A DNA stretch of 63,217 nucleotides, the filler included, from Collodictyon triciliatum (lineage: Eukaryota): the NCBI GenBank assembly GCA_043381765.1. It is 6 parts of 6 records of this genome, joined end to end, with 100 filler letters (N's around TTAATTAATTAA, not from the genome) between each part and the next. Parts side by side here need not be neighbours in the genome. Positions count along the whole stretch, not along the records: positions 12,466 to 24,817 come from JBHJMP010002191.1; positions 24,918 to 37,328 come from JBHJMP010002192.1; 4 more parts are not named here. One strand, 5' to 3'. The notes under the pieces were generated by a model that was not told the DNA's origin, ran no database searches, and saw only the letters and a program-made list of their open reading frames with translations. Of the stretch, positions 12,692 to 25,203 are shown piece after piece. The translations under genes were made by a program, and so were the position numbers. Each line of letters starts with the position of its first letter. The stretch's first letter is position 1.

Positions 12692-15411
12692 GTTGTAGTT
12701 AAGAAATGGCAAGAAGGTGTAGATGGATATAACGCCAAAGACTATGCAAAAGCAATCACCGCTTTTAAGGTATCAATCAACCGTGGGGTTCATGGGCTGT
12801 TGTGATTGATATATCTTTTCACAAGATTCCTCGGTTATCCGCGATGACTGATTCCATTTACAGTCAATAGGTGAAAATTCAAAGATGAACTACAACATCG
12901 CAATCTGCTATTTCACTCAACGAATGTACAAAGACGCAGTACGTCCTACTTCTTTAATTCGTTTGAATGTTTTAGATTTACTTTAATCAATATGCCGCCG
13001 CATTGCGTGTCCGTGCCTCCAGTTTCTTTCAAAAAAAATTCACAGCCGATCATTCTCGTTTATCCATGATACATGAAAAGATTGCCCTTTTCACACATAA
13101 TGCACTTTGCCCCATGCATACGTTAGTATATCAAGCTTTATATAGCTGATTAATTCATTTTGAAGCAAACAAACGCAACTATCTTTTGTAAATTACAGAT
13201 CAAAGAATTGGACTTGGCCACCGCCCTTGATGTCTATTTATCCATAGGCTATTTCACTCGTGCGTTTTGTTACTACACTACTCAGGATTTCACGAGAGCT
13301 GTAGATGATTACACACGCTCAATCGAGGTAATACTTTCGAACTAGTGTATCCTGTATCTATACCAACTTTTTTTTTCTAGTTCACTCGCTGTATGATTAA
13401 TTTATCAAACTGATTGGTTTAAATCGGCTATTGTCATCATTTATATATTAATATATAAATGATGACAGCTATTTCATGAGCACGATTACATCGATTATCA
13501 TCAAATAAGCTTGGATCATACATTGACTCGCCACCAAGTTCTTTATCATCGCGGGCTGGCTTATGCGAGACTGCGCCAGTGGGAAAAAGCGATGACCGAT
13601 ATAATTGGTGCATCAAAATGCAGCATGCTCAAGTCCGACGAGATAACTGGACGTATCGAAAGACTGAAAGATTGCGTGACAGTAATATTTACATTCCTGT
13701 TACTTTTTTCTTTTATATATCTATAAATCCTCCTCAATGTTGGAAAGGACAGGAAATATCTATCGCTGCTTTCTCTTCAATCTTTTTGAAAAGAAAAAAA
13801 AGAATTGAAAATTTAAACTCAAGCGACGATAAATAAATATCTGAAACATCATGCCATTTTAGATTGTCTGTCACATCCAAACTCATCTCTGTTACACACC
13901 AATCTGTAGCGACAATGCCCCGCAGACTCACTCCCCACATTTCCCACCGAAGAGCTCTTCCTTCCACCACATATCCCACAAGTCAACCAGTTGAACAAGG
14001 CAAAAACAGCTCCGCCTATTCCTATCAAGACCAGCATTGAGGGAATTGTCATTCCTGAGCAAAAACCCAACTCAAAGGAGGGCTCCAAGGGAAGTGGTGG
14101 CGCGGCATCTGCTCAAAAACAGGAACCGATTGCCTCTCCAAGGTCTGAGCCACCTCAATCTCGCCCTGCAAAACCTACTCTGGCAGTGAATGCAGCAAAA
14201 CCATCGCTTTTAGTGCCGTCGAAGTCCGCACAAAATGTTATGAATCTATCCACATCCCCTGTCTCTCGCTCACCGCCGCCACCGCCGTCGTTGGGTCCTG
14301 TAAAATTTAAATTATCAAAATCACAAAAATAATAAATAAATAAATAAATAAATAAAGATTAAAAGGTTCAGTTTTATGACAGATACATTGTGTTCACTCT
14401 TTGTTACTCGTTTTGTTTCGTTTCAGAGACATTTACTCATTAATATACCACATATAAATAACTTAATATGTAAATGTGATGAATTGACGACAAAGTGCGT
14501 TATTATAAATAATATACATTAACCGTACTTTAGAAACCAACCTTAGCAGCCAAACCACCCTCTTCTCAAAAGGGAGCACAAAGCGGAGCAAGCGGGCGCT
14601 TGGATGAGGTATTTTTTTTTAATGAAAAAGATATTGTCTCAGTGTAGATTAGCTATTATGGTGTCTTATTTGTAAGGAATGTCAGGTATACTGTAAATAT
14701 TTAATATTTTCACTTATGTAAATAATATATAATAACCTTAATTCTATAAACCAAAAAAAAAAAAAAGCTGACTAATACTCTGTCAAGCCTCCAAATTCAG
14801 GTTAAAACTACGACATCAGCTATATATTTATATAGATAAGAAAATCTTGCTGATCGAATCCTTTTTTTTTTTTTTTTTATTGAAGTACAATAAGGCGAAG
14901 CAAGATGATGACTTGGATAAAGCCATGATGCTAAGGAGTCAAATAAAGAATACAAAAGCCGAAATTGAAGAAGAAAGAAAGGTATGTATGCCAATTCTTC
15001 TGAATGACCAATATTTACAAAATCGTAGGATATTATGGTGCGTTATTGGTTTGATAGATATTCAGTGTCAATATAAACGCCTCGTTCTAAATTACACATA
15101 GGTGGTGGAAGCGGCATCATCAATAAATGAGGAACTGCAGCAGCAGATCGCCGAGCTTGAAAATGATTTGGCTATTCTTCAAACTCAATATGGTAAATAT
15201 GGACAACCAAGTAAAAAAAAAATAAGCAGTAAAAAAAAAAAAAAACACATAAAGAAATATAAATGTGAGTTCCCATCTTTGCATCGAATATTATCTTAAC
15301 TCATCCACATCAATGACCAGAGGAGGCCAAATCAAACGATGACCTTGAGACTGCAATGGCCATCCGACAAGCCATGAAAGAATGCCAAGGCCGCCACGAC
15401 GCTTTGAAAGG
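12692..15411 (+). CDS. p67phox/NoxR/NcfA-like NADPH-oxidase activator TPR protein with Pro-rich linker and UVR-like coiled-coil repeats (partial)
   Basis: Spliced exons give VKKWQEGVDGYNAKDYAKAITAFK-SIGENSKMNYNIAICY...LDVYLSIGYFTRAFCYY...DYIDYHQISLDHTLTRHQVLYHRGLAYARLRQWEKA. This follows the p67phox N-terminal TPR pattern (W-x-EGV, DW/Y-x-x-A, IDY-x-x-L/I, VLY/N). The start codon may be ATG 12529; the 3' end runs into the N gap. Confidence 0.8.
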
Positions 15412-16470
15412 GTCAGTGCCTATCGACGATTAAATTACTCTATTCGCATATATATTGGAATATCAAGCCCTCTTTTGTTGCACGTGATAATTCAACGCAA
15501 GACATCCCAATCCCATCCTCGTTACTGCGAATACTCACGAGAAGAAAAAAAAACCAACACCCACATCTNNNNNNNNNNNNNNNNNNNNNNNNNNNNNNNN
15601 NNNNNNNNNNNNNNNNNNNNNNNNNNNNNNNNNNNNNNNNNNNNNNNNNNNNNNNNNNNNNNNNNNNNNNNNNNNNNNNNNNNNNNNNNNNNNNNNNNNN
15701 NNNNNNNNNNNNNNNNNNNNNNNNNNNNNNNNNNNNNNNNNNNNNNNNNNNNNNNNNNNNNNNNNNNNNNNNNNNNNNNNNNNNNNNNNNNNNNNNNNNN
15801 NNNNNNNNNNNNNNNNNNNNNNNNNNNNNNNNNNNNNNNNNNNNNNNNNNNNNNNNNNNNNNNNNNNNNNNNNNNNNNNNNNNNNNNNNNNNNNNNNNNN
15901 NNNNNNNNNNNNNNNNNNNNNNNNNNNNNNNNNNNNNNNNNNNNNNNNNNNNNNNNNNNNNNNNNNNNNNNNNNNNNNNNNNNNNNNNNNNNNNNNNNNN
16001 NNNNNNNNNNNNNNNNNNNNNNNNNNNNNNNNNNNNNNNNNNNNNNNNNNNNNNNNNNNNNNNNNNNNNNNNNNNNNNNNNNNNNNNNNNNNNNNNNNNN
16101 NNNNNNNNNNNNNNNNNNNNNNNNNCCCCCTGTGCCTTTCACAAAGCCGCCTTTCCCCAAGTGAAGAAAGCAAGTTGCGCGGCAATTTATTTTTTTTTCT
16201 TCATGGGTTTATGAGAAGGATGATAAAACAAAGAAAAAAACAAAAGGATTACAAAAACAAAACGAAACCGCACAATAAAGCAGAAAGAAAGAAATGTTTT
16301 GGTGGCTCGCTCAATTACTACGAATTCATACGCAAGAATCATATCATTGGGCTTGTTTGTTCATTTCGGTATTCGTAACAATCTGGAGCGGCTTTTCCCC
16401 CTTTCACTTTCTGCATAACTTGCTCTTCCATGGCGAGAAGAAAAATAAAAAAGAAAGTAGTTGTGTAAGG

Positions 16471-18441
16471 TTACTCAAGGTCCTCTTCCTGGACATCACC
16501 TTCGTCTTCACCCTCTTCTTCCTCATCTTCATCTTCATCTTCAGGCAAATCGTCATCACCACCAGTGAAAAGCGCTTCGTCCACATGGACACTCTCTTCA
16601 AATTCTTCATGGAGCGGCTTAGAGCTGGACGAAGGGCCAGCCTGCTCCTCCTACGCGTGATGGTCATCAGCATAAAGAGGCATGAAATATCAAAAATAAA
16701 ATTAAAAGGAAAAGGAAAAGGAGGAAAAAAAGCACTCACTTGCTCTTCCACTTCGTAGAATTCTCCTGTTGCTGCGCCGTCGTCATCCACGAAAAGGTCT
16801 GGGTTGAACGTAAAGAGATCGCGTCCGCTCATTGTGTGGCGTCCGGTTCGAATGGCCTCCAGTTTCTTCTTTTCTGCTTCTTCAGCAGCACTCTTTTTCT
16901 CGAGTCTCTTTTGCTCCTTCCACTTTTTGAAGGACTCCAATGTCACGGGTGTCTTGCCAACAACATGTTGACGCTACACGCTCGAATTGACAAGAACCAT
17001 GAGACAAATCCCATTCATAGACACAGTTTCAGAAGAAGAATATCAATTACTTTCTGCACTTGATTCACGAAATATGAAAGAATGTTGAATAATCAGGCCC
17101 GCATACATAAAAGAGATTACCTCAGATTCTAGCAACTCCTCCAGCGAAGGCTTCTCTTCATCGTCATCCTCCTCAGCTTTCGCAGCTGACTTGAGAACAT
17201 AGCCAGGGGGCAACGCGTGACGATACTGGCACTTTTTTCCACCGTTCGGACATTCCCAGAACCACCCATAAAGCCTCTTTTCGACTGCCTCAATAAAAAA
17301 CTTACAAACCTAATAGTTATGAACATCAATTGAATAATTAATCCTTCCTTTTTTTTTGCGCAGAAAAGGATGAGATGATATAGTGCTTCCTCTGTTTTTA
17401 TCATTAGTTAGCAATAGGAAGCATGGGCGTAAAAACAGGCTGGATGAATTACGATTTCGGTCGGGTTATTCTGGTTTTCGCGGTTGTGCTTTTCATGAAC
17501 AACAGACTCCAGTTTTTCCTGGTCCCAGCTTTCCATGGTATCTAAGTCGATTCAACAAGACAACGTTTAGTGAAAGTATACATGCAATCAGGTTAAAATA
17601 CAAAAGAGTCTACTAAAAGTTGGAACATACGCTTTGTTACTCGCAAATAGAGTTACAATATACATTTCTTGTCAGAAAATGAAGGCTCATACTATCTTGT
17701 TTACAAATATGTACGACTTGGAAGTGTGGCTACCTTCTTTCTTTTTCTCAGATGCACCACCACGCGTGTCCGTGTAAAGATCAATCTTTTCGACTTTTCG
17801 GCTCTGATTCAGATCGTGAGAATACTTGCACTTTGTTCCCTTCTCACACATGCCATGTTTGTGGAACTCACACAGAACAGACTTTGGATCGACACCTGCA
17901 AACCAAGAAAAAAATACATGCTTGTGTGAGATATTATCGGATAATCTGAAACAGAAGGTTTCTTTGCTGAGACTCCCTGCATCATCAACGCTCTAGAATA
18001 ACTTACCAAAAGGGAGCTTTGGTTGGATAATGGAAGACTTGAACAACGCCTTCAGCTCAGCCTCTTGCTTGGCTTTCTCTTCCTTTGCTTTCGCCTTTTC
18101 AGCCTCACTTGCGACAGGCTAGTTAGGAACATGAATGTGAGCTTCTTTTAAGCAATTATTTCATATGAGAGAAGAACGAACGCATAGCAGAAGTAAAGGC
18201 TAAGAAAAGTAGCTATTTAATCAACAGAGAAATAAGAACACAGTGTCGAAAATGAAAGATAACTATTATTTCATACTCGCTTGACTCCGCCGCTATTGAC
18301 TTGGCTTGTCACGGACTTAACATACTGCTCAACTTTCTTGCTTTTGTTTTTGTTCTTGAGACCGAAAGTCTTGTCCTCGATGACTTTTTGCTTGGCCTTG
18401 TCAACTGTCTTCTTGCTTGGGGCATCTTTCTTTGGAGGCAT
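16471..18441 (-). CDS. ZC3H15: CCCH zinc-finger protein ZC3H15/TMA46/DFRP1
   Basis: MPPKK...[110 protein letters not shown]; acidic tail ending TAA 16471-16473. Confidence 0.93.
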
Positions 18442-19254
18442 TGCAGGAATATCTTCTCACAAGCTGTTTAACCTTGCCTCTTGATTTATTTATTTTTTCT
18501 TGAAAGTTTGTTTCCTCTTTCTTCTCTCTTGATGCTAGTGCGCAGCAATGCTCTCCACTCCCTTGGAAAGCAAAAGCAAAGAAGCACTGTCACTCGCATG
18601 TTTGGAAAACATTATGCAGAGTTATTGTAGGCAAAGTGTCTTACTCCTTGCAAGCCTGGTCTTGATCTCTCGTTTGTTTTGCTTTTCTTTCACACAGTTC
18701 TTTGATTGTCCTCACTTACCAATCTGAAAGTGTTTGCTTTGTGCGTGATTCTTGTATTTTGGCTCGAAGCGATTCTTGGATTATAGTGATTACAAAAAAA
18801 AAAAAAAGACAACATCATTACGAGGTTCATAACGATGCATCAAAAAAAGGGAAGGGGATTGGACGAATTTTCAGTGAAAGTTCGATTTTGGTGTTATTGA
18901 CGACCAGTTGTCCATGCCTATATTGGAATTTAATTCGTTCTGCTTTTGTTGCATTTTTAAAGGCACCATTCATAAAATTAGATAATCAGATGTGCATGGC
19001 CCCGATACAAACGAAAACCCTATAGAAGTAACGACAGTGACATAACGATGACTAAGAAAATGATAGCAGCCTAAACAGTATTTTTTTTATCTATTTAATA
19101 AACGATTTATATATTGGATTTTTTTTCTTGACAGTTTTTGCATATTTTCCGTCCAGCTTGAGTTTCTTTGTTTTTTTTTCTTTTTCAAAAAGATGAGCTA
19201 AGATTTGAGAAAAATTCGTTTCAGTTTTTTTTTTCGATCAAAAGTATCATTCTT

Positions 19255-20712
19255 TTAGCAAGAGCAACTTGATTCCTTTTCATTCTTGGCAACTTGGTTA
19301 TCTAGGGATACAGTCTCTTCTTCGTCTTTAAGGCTCACGAGCAAATTCCGTGGGATTTGGAATGGCTCGGATGACCTGCGAGTTGTTTAAAATTAACTTA
19401 ACTTTCTTTTTATTTTTGGATTCGGAATCTAAAATGGAGAGGCTTAAAACAATCCTCGTATTGATATTTTAATCCAATAATAATATTTCATATGTCTCGC
19501 TTTTTGTTTTATCAAGGACGCATCATGCACTTTCAAAATGCGTGGCTAATTATATATGTATATAGTAAATGAATTTACATCTTTGAGGCAATGTATCTGT
19601 CAACGGCGCACTGGAAAACCTCTTCTATGTTTATGTACAACTTGGAGGAAGTTTCAAAGAACTCGGCACCTTCATGTAAGATCGATTACATAATTAAGGA
19701 TACATGATGAATATAGGCTAATCGATGAATAAATCACAAATAAAATTATCTTTATGAGTCAATGAGAAGACAGATTTCATACCAATGGATGATGCATAGG
19801 ATAGTCCTTCTCTTTCAGAAACATCTCTTTTGGATTCGTTATCCTTCACAAGGTCGACTGAATTACCAAGTTTGTTATTAGCTTTCAAATCCAACAAACT
19901 CTTGATAGCATATATATTTAACACTCATTTATTTGGTATCATTTCAGCCCTAATAAGTGTGTGGTGGTTAATATTGTAGCTATGAAACGAATTGTTACGC
20001 ATTGTTCCCACTACGATTAGAATACAATCGGCCGTGGTGTCAACGATTTTTTCGTAGTATTTCTTTAAGCCGATAAATGATTTAGAATCTGTTATACCTG
20101 CGTGATAAGAAAAATTTAACACATAAAATGTTTTTTTTTGTTACTCTGACATTTTGAAAGTAAAATGATTCTTAATGGGACAAATGAGGCCGAATAAAAT
20201 TAAAAGGCAAATTAGAAGCTATTATATGTTCAAATGGCCATATTATGAATTAACACACTATAGACAAGCAGAGCAGCCGATGCCCCGTGACAGTAATGCG
20301 AACTTATGGCATCGTATCGCTCTAAAGAAATTTAAAAATTAAAGGAATGAAACAAATCTTAGTGATTAAATTTTATAATATGAGATTTGGTACGCATAAA
20401 ATTATTATTATTATTATTTGTAATCTACATACCAGAACCAGCTGTGTCCCACACCCCGACCGATACACCATTGTGGGTGTAAAGTGAAAACAGGGCCCCG
20501 ATGGTCTATTTTTTCCATTAATATTGTTATCCTTTCCATTCAACATCGTAAGATAATTACATGCGCAATTACAAAAGGCATAGCCCCTTAAGCATACAAA
20601 AGAAATAGAAACGCTCTGAACTTCTCCATATGAAGTAATGAAAAAAGAAGTTCTGGTATCACCCTCAAAAAAAAATGAATTTCAACATTCCCCATGACAA
20701 GGATAATAATAA

Positions 20713-20747
<35 letters not shown>

Positions 20748-21212
20748 AAAACGAAAATTATCTAAACTCACTGCTGGGCTGCAACCAAATTCCTTGCGAA
20801 TAAGCATATTGACAAGGGATGTTTTTCCTACCCCGCTCGCTCCCAAAAGTACAAGTTTGAAGTCGATGCCACGTTGGGAGTTTGACGCTGCTAAAGAGGA
20901 AGAAACTAAATGGGTGGATATTTCAGCTATGAAACGTACCCTTCAAAAATGGCTGAAGAAAAATAGACAAAATAAATACAAAGTGTGTATCTTGAGTGGC
21001 TTTCTGTCTCTCGCGTTTTTTTATTTTTTTATTTTATTCAATAAAATAAATTAATAAACAGTTAACGCTAATATTGTTGAGACACTTGATTTGAAGGGCC
21101 TTGAGTGTGAAGGTAGGACTATGCTCCATCTGAAAGGAAACATGTTGGAGCTGAACTTACCGCCTCCACGATTGGGTGGTGAGGTCGATGCGCTACTGGA
21201 GACTGGCTTCAT
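19255..21212 (-). CDS. RAB24: Rab24-like small GTPase
   Basis: G1 GASGVGKTS, effector TIGALF, G3 WDTAGSERY, G4 VVGTMLD (split by an intron), G5 ETSSK, C-terminal CSC prenylation motif. DTAGS, Thr at the first G4 position and ETSSK are Rab24 hallmarks. Confidence 0.8.
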
Positions 21213-21322
21213 ACGAGTTGGTGCCCGTCTTTCGTTCTGGTTCGAAATAGTTTTATTATTTGAATAGTCAGATAGAAAAGACAAAGCCAAGTCAAAGTCA
21301 AAGTCAAAGTCAAAGTCCTGAG

Positions 21323-21465
21323 GAAAAGAAAAAAAAGAAAAAGAAAAAGAAAAAGAAAAAGAAAAAGAAAAAGAAAAAGAAAAGGAAAAGGAAAAAAAGA
21401 AAAAAGAAAAAGAAAAGGAAAAAGAAAAAGAAAAAGAAGAAGGAAAAGGAAAAAAAGAAAAAGAA
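21323..21465. repeat. (GAAAAA)n microsatellite
   Basis: Purine-rich imperfect hexamer array; source of the poly-K and poly-F ORFs. Confidence 0.9.
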
Positions 21466-21643
21466 AGTTGTTATCAAAACGAGTTTCTTTTTATCGAGAG
21501 GATGGGCTTCGGGATAACGCGAGATACACGAGCCCGATCGCAAACCCCGATCATCGCGCAAATGCACACAACCCAACACATTTGAATGCTTAAAAATGCA
21601 ATGACAGGAGGAATGCATCAGGATATTCCGAGGCAAAATAGAA

Positions 21644-21716
21644 CGCCCACCGTGGGGCTCAAACCCACGACCGTGAGGTTAAGAGCCTCACGCTCTACCG
21701 ACTGAGCTAGACGGGC
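21644..21716 (-). tRNA. tRNA-Lys(CTT): tRNA-Lys (anticodon CTT), T-loop variant TTTGAGC
   Basis: GCCCGTCTAGCTCAGTCGGTAGAGCGTGAGGCTCTTAACCTCACGGTCGTGGGTTTGAGCCCCACGGTGGGCG is 73 nt, folds as a cloverleaf, has an intact A box and is followed closely by a TTTT terminator. Confidence 0.93.
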
Positions 21717-21757
21717 TTACTTACTGTTATTTAAAATACATAATTAATGATACCTAC

Positions 21758-21893
21758 ATTTCATCATTCCTTCATTTCATCATTCCCTCATTTCATCATT
21801 CCTTCATTTCATCATTCCCTCATTTCATCATTCCTTCATTTCATCATTCCTTCATAGCATCATTTCTTCATAGCATCATTCCCTCATAGCATC
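21758..21893. repeat. 16-bp minisatellite (CATTTCATCATTCCYT)n
   Basis: About 8 tandem units immediately upstream of the tRNA gene; later units drift to CATAGCATCATT. Confidence 0.85.
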
Positions 21894-22423
21894 AAACATG
21901 ATGAGAATACTGAAATCATATTTTCTTCATTTTTATTGGATTGTGTTGATATTATGAACAATACTAAATATTATACCCTTTGTGAATTAAGATTTATACA
22001 AGATGATAAAATCCCTTGCAAAATACACATTGCAATATGAACACCTGATAAAAAAATCGTTTTTGTGTCATAAATACCACACCGAATGTCTAGCCATTAT
22101 AATACCCATTATCCTTGTAAAAATTTCAATATATAATCATAACTTTGATTATTGTTTTATCATTGCAAGGTTTTGTTTCTCTTTGCTAACAACCGACGCC
22201 CAATAAGATGTAGACAAACTTGGTATCAGCGAAAACATTTTTTTCTTTCAGTAATTATTTTAAAAAAATTTATTCCTACCGCTCCAAACAATTACATATT
22301 GACGCTTCTAGGTTACAAGACAGAAAAAAAAAAAGCTGAAGGTTACCAGGCAAAGTAAAAGGAACCAAAGGGATAAAGACAGGGAAAGGAAAAATGATAG
22401 CAGTGAAATAGAGCCTTAAGGGA

Positions 22424-23083
22424 TCACTTTGTGCCCAAGGAGCAGGAAAGACACACCAGTTCATGAGGCTGAGCGACGAGTCGGTAGTCTAGAGAAACAA
22501 GAACATCACGCTCAAGGCGGTTAAGTGTTGTGAGCGGCATCTCTGCAAGGCGAGCAAAAGCCGAGTTATCATAGGGCTCATCCTGCAGCTGCTTGCATGC
22601 GATTAGAACAAGTGCGACCCACAAGGCCGGGCCACGAGGCAGGCACACAGACACGGCATTTCCACAGCAGAGATTCAGTCCCGATTGCAGCCTGCGGAGA
22701 TACACCAGAGCCAGATGAATCTCAGCCAGAGTGCATAGAGAATGTCTAACAATGCCAGCATGGAAAGCGTCCAGGTCGGCCGAGTAGAATTGTGAGTGGG
22801 ATTCCAGTTGTGAAGCTGAGTGTGGCTCTGACTCCGACAAGTGTGCCATGGCGATGCCAATCGGCGAAAGCAGGTCGAGTGACAGGTGCCTGTCGTGTGT
22901 CTGGTCGCAAGTGCATGTGTGATGAGCGAGATGCGAGTGGTCATCCAATGGGGCGTTTTTGCCAACGCTGATCCAGCGGCTGACAAGCGACCAGACCAAT
23001 GAACCCAACGACCCTGATGATGGTGCCTGCTTGTCATTCTGCGAGTCGAGGGAATGGGCGCCCAGCCAAACGGTGCTTGTCAT
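22424..23083 (-). CDS. Pho80/PCL-type (P/U-type, CNPPD1-like) cyclin, apparently intronless
   Basis: ORF contains LALVYLRRL...LIACKQLQDEPYDNSAFARLAEMPLTTLNRLERDVLVSLDYRL, the typical Pho80-family cyclin box. Confidence 0.82.
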   Translation of the reverse strand: MTSTVWLGAHSLDSQNDKQAPSSGSLGSLVWSLVSRWISVGKNAPLDDHSHLAHHTCTCDQTHDRHLSLDLLSPIGIAMAHLSESEPHSASQLESHSQFYSADLDAFHAGIVRHSLCTLAEIHLALVYLRRLQSGLNLCCGNAVSVCLPRGPALWVALVLIACKQLQDEPYDNSAFARLAEMPLTTLNRLERDVLVSLDYRLVAQPHELVCLSCSLGTK

Positions 23084-24714
23084 GCTTCTTTGTGGTCTGA
23101 GTTCTGATGAAGAGAGTGCTTGTGAGTGGATGGGTTTGGGTTGCCTTATGTTGTCTGGCCGTGAATGTGAGTGCGAGCGAGTCTTCTTGTTTGTATGTGT
23201 TCAGTGTGATGCAGACCACTTCCAGAGTCCTGCCTGGAGAGAACACTGGAAACTCGCAGGAAAAGCCGTCCAGTCCTCTGCTCTTTGGGGCTGCCCTTTA
23301 ATAGACCTGCATAATCTATGGCGCACGCACGCACGGGTAATTGAGCGCGTCGCAGAAACCACATGTCGAGTCACCAGAGATTCCCAAACACTCATGCAGT
23401 CGTCACCCATGGCAATCGCTCCGTGGCTGCTTCGCCACGTGACCGCTGCTGACGCACAACTCTGTCACCCACGCTTCAACTTAACCACTTATGGAAACCC
23501 ATTGCTTCGGTGTCGTTTGGTGGGTCTGTGTGGATGAACCTTTCCAAAAATAGACCAAAAGGTTGAATTAGCCGCATTTCCTGTTGTCTAGCGTTTGTGT
23601 GTTGTGACGTGTTGGCTGCACGTTGATGCGTCGGTGGTGCTTCGCTCGCTGTTGTCAAATGCTTGGCTTGGAAGTTCGTATGCATCTGCTCCCTTCACTT
23701 GGACGGCTCCCCTTTGGATTTTTCTGTAGGTTGAATGAGGTTCGGGCTTTTGCTTTCAACGGATTGAGACAAAAAAAAGAAGTTTAATCTGTGTCTGGAT
23801 TCAGCGGTTTGACGCGGAAACAGAAGGTGGGTAGGCAGACTGCCACGCATATTTGACAGAGTGAGATGAAGGTTTTTGTTTAATGCTTAGTGAATAGTTT
23901 GTTGTTTGATATCATCTGTGCGGTGCACTAACCTTGGATTATGAAAGGACGTAATTGCTCGCAAGAAGGATAGGTGCTGGTGCGGGGGTGGGAGAAAGGG
24001 GATAATGGATGAAGCCCCATCTTCCCATCAAATATCTGCTACAATCTATGTTGAAATAGATTTTCTATCCGATGACATAATAGCAGGTCGTTGATGCTTC
24101 GCATAGGGGGACTTGGTTCGAGGCTTTCTTAGTGCGGTGTTTTCGGGATAAAGAAATCATTTATCTTTCGCCTGTTCTCCTAGTGCCGACATATGAAGTT
24201 GGAATATCACTGTATTTTATAGAACACAAAAACAGAGGTTCCGTTCGCTTGGTGTTGTAGTTTTATCATATTTCGATTAACTCACCAAACGCCCCAGCCG
24301 CAGCACCACAACCGCAACCAGGGAACGTGGTTTTGATAAAGGTATGGTATATTTATATGTGGAATTTACATAATTTTCATTTTTCATACGCCTTAATAGC
24401 AGTAAATTCATTCCAAAAGAATTACATATACTGATTTTTGTTTGCGTTTGATATATGTAATAAAGATTACAAAGTACCGTCTCGTCGAAGTATTCTCTCA
24501 CCAAAAGCCGCACAAATTAATAGTCGTGCAACCGCGCTGAGTAGCCGACCCAAAAACCTCGCTTTCACAAAAGCTGGGAGCTGTTCCGTGTTGAATGACT
24601 CACACATACATAATTCGTAGACAGCGACAAGGATGGCCACTCTTGGACTACTGACAACTGCTACAGCAAACTCGCAGGTAATATAATTGCAAACACAGCA
24701 ATAAGAGGCGGTGG

Positions 24715-24817
<103 letters not shown>

Positions 24818-24917
24818 NNNNNNNNNNNNNNNNNNNNNNNNNNNNNNNNNNNNNNNNNNNNTTAATTAATTAANNNNNNNNNNNNNNNNNNNNNNNNNNN
24901 NNNNNNNNNNNNNNNNN
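24818..24917. other. Artificial scaffold spacer
   Basis: N44-TTAATTAATTAA-N44. Confidence 0.97.
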
Positions 24918-25173
24918 GGGGGGGGGGGGGGGGGGGGAGTGGGGGGGGGGGGGGACGAGGCTATGGGCATGGTTTGGCGCGCCCTGCCCTGCACTAGAGC
25001 ATGAAAATAAATAGTGGAACATCAGGGAATTACAGTGAATACTAAGAGGGAGGGAAAATAAAGCTCAAGGCAAATACGCGGGTGGTTAAGACATTAAGTG
25101 GGGGCAGGATCGGTGACAAGTAGGTCGATAACGGAGGCGAAAGAGGGGTAGCGATCGGGGGGGAGGGCTTTAC

Positions 25174-25203
25174 CTTCTTTTTCTTGCTGATCTCAAGGGA
25201 CAT
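25174..25203 (-). CDS. RPS3: Probable first coding exon of 40S ribosomal protein S3 (uS3); rest off-scaffold
   Basis: CAG|A ATG...MSLEISKKKK|GTAAAG resembles the uS3 N-terminus (M-x-x-QISKKRKFVADG). An upstream pyrimidine-rich non-coding exon ends in AAT|GTAAGT near 25485. Only 10 codons are visible. Confidence 0.55.

Noticed and set aside
15382-16185. Long ORFs spanning N runs (also 54892-55518, and the N-terminal part of 43043-45961)
   Set aside because: They are artefacts of translating through assembly gaps.
22959-23537. 192-aa + strand ORF overlapping the cyclin start
   Set aside because: No recognisable motif; probably an open frame in a GC-rich 5' region.
24280-24680. Possible + strand exons ending in GTATGG and GTAATA donors
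   Set aside because: No start or family could be assigned, and the scaffold ends immediately after.
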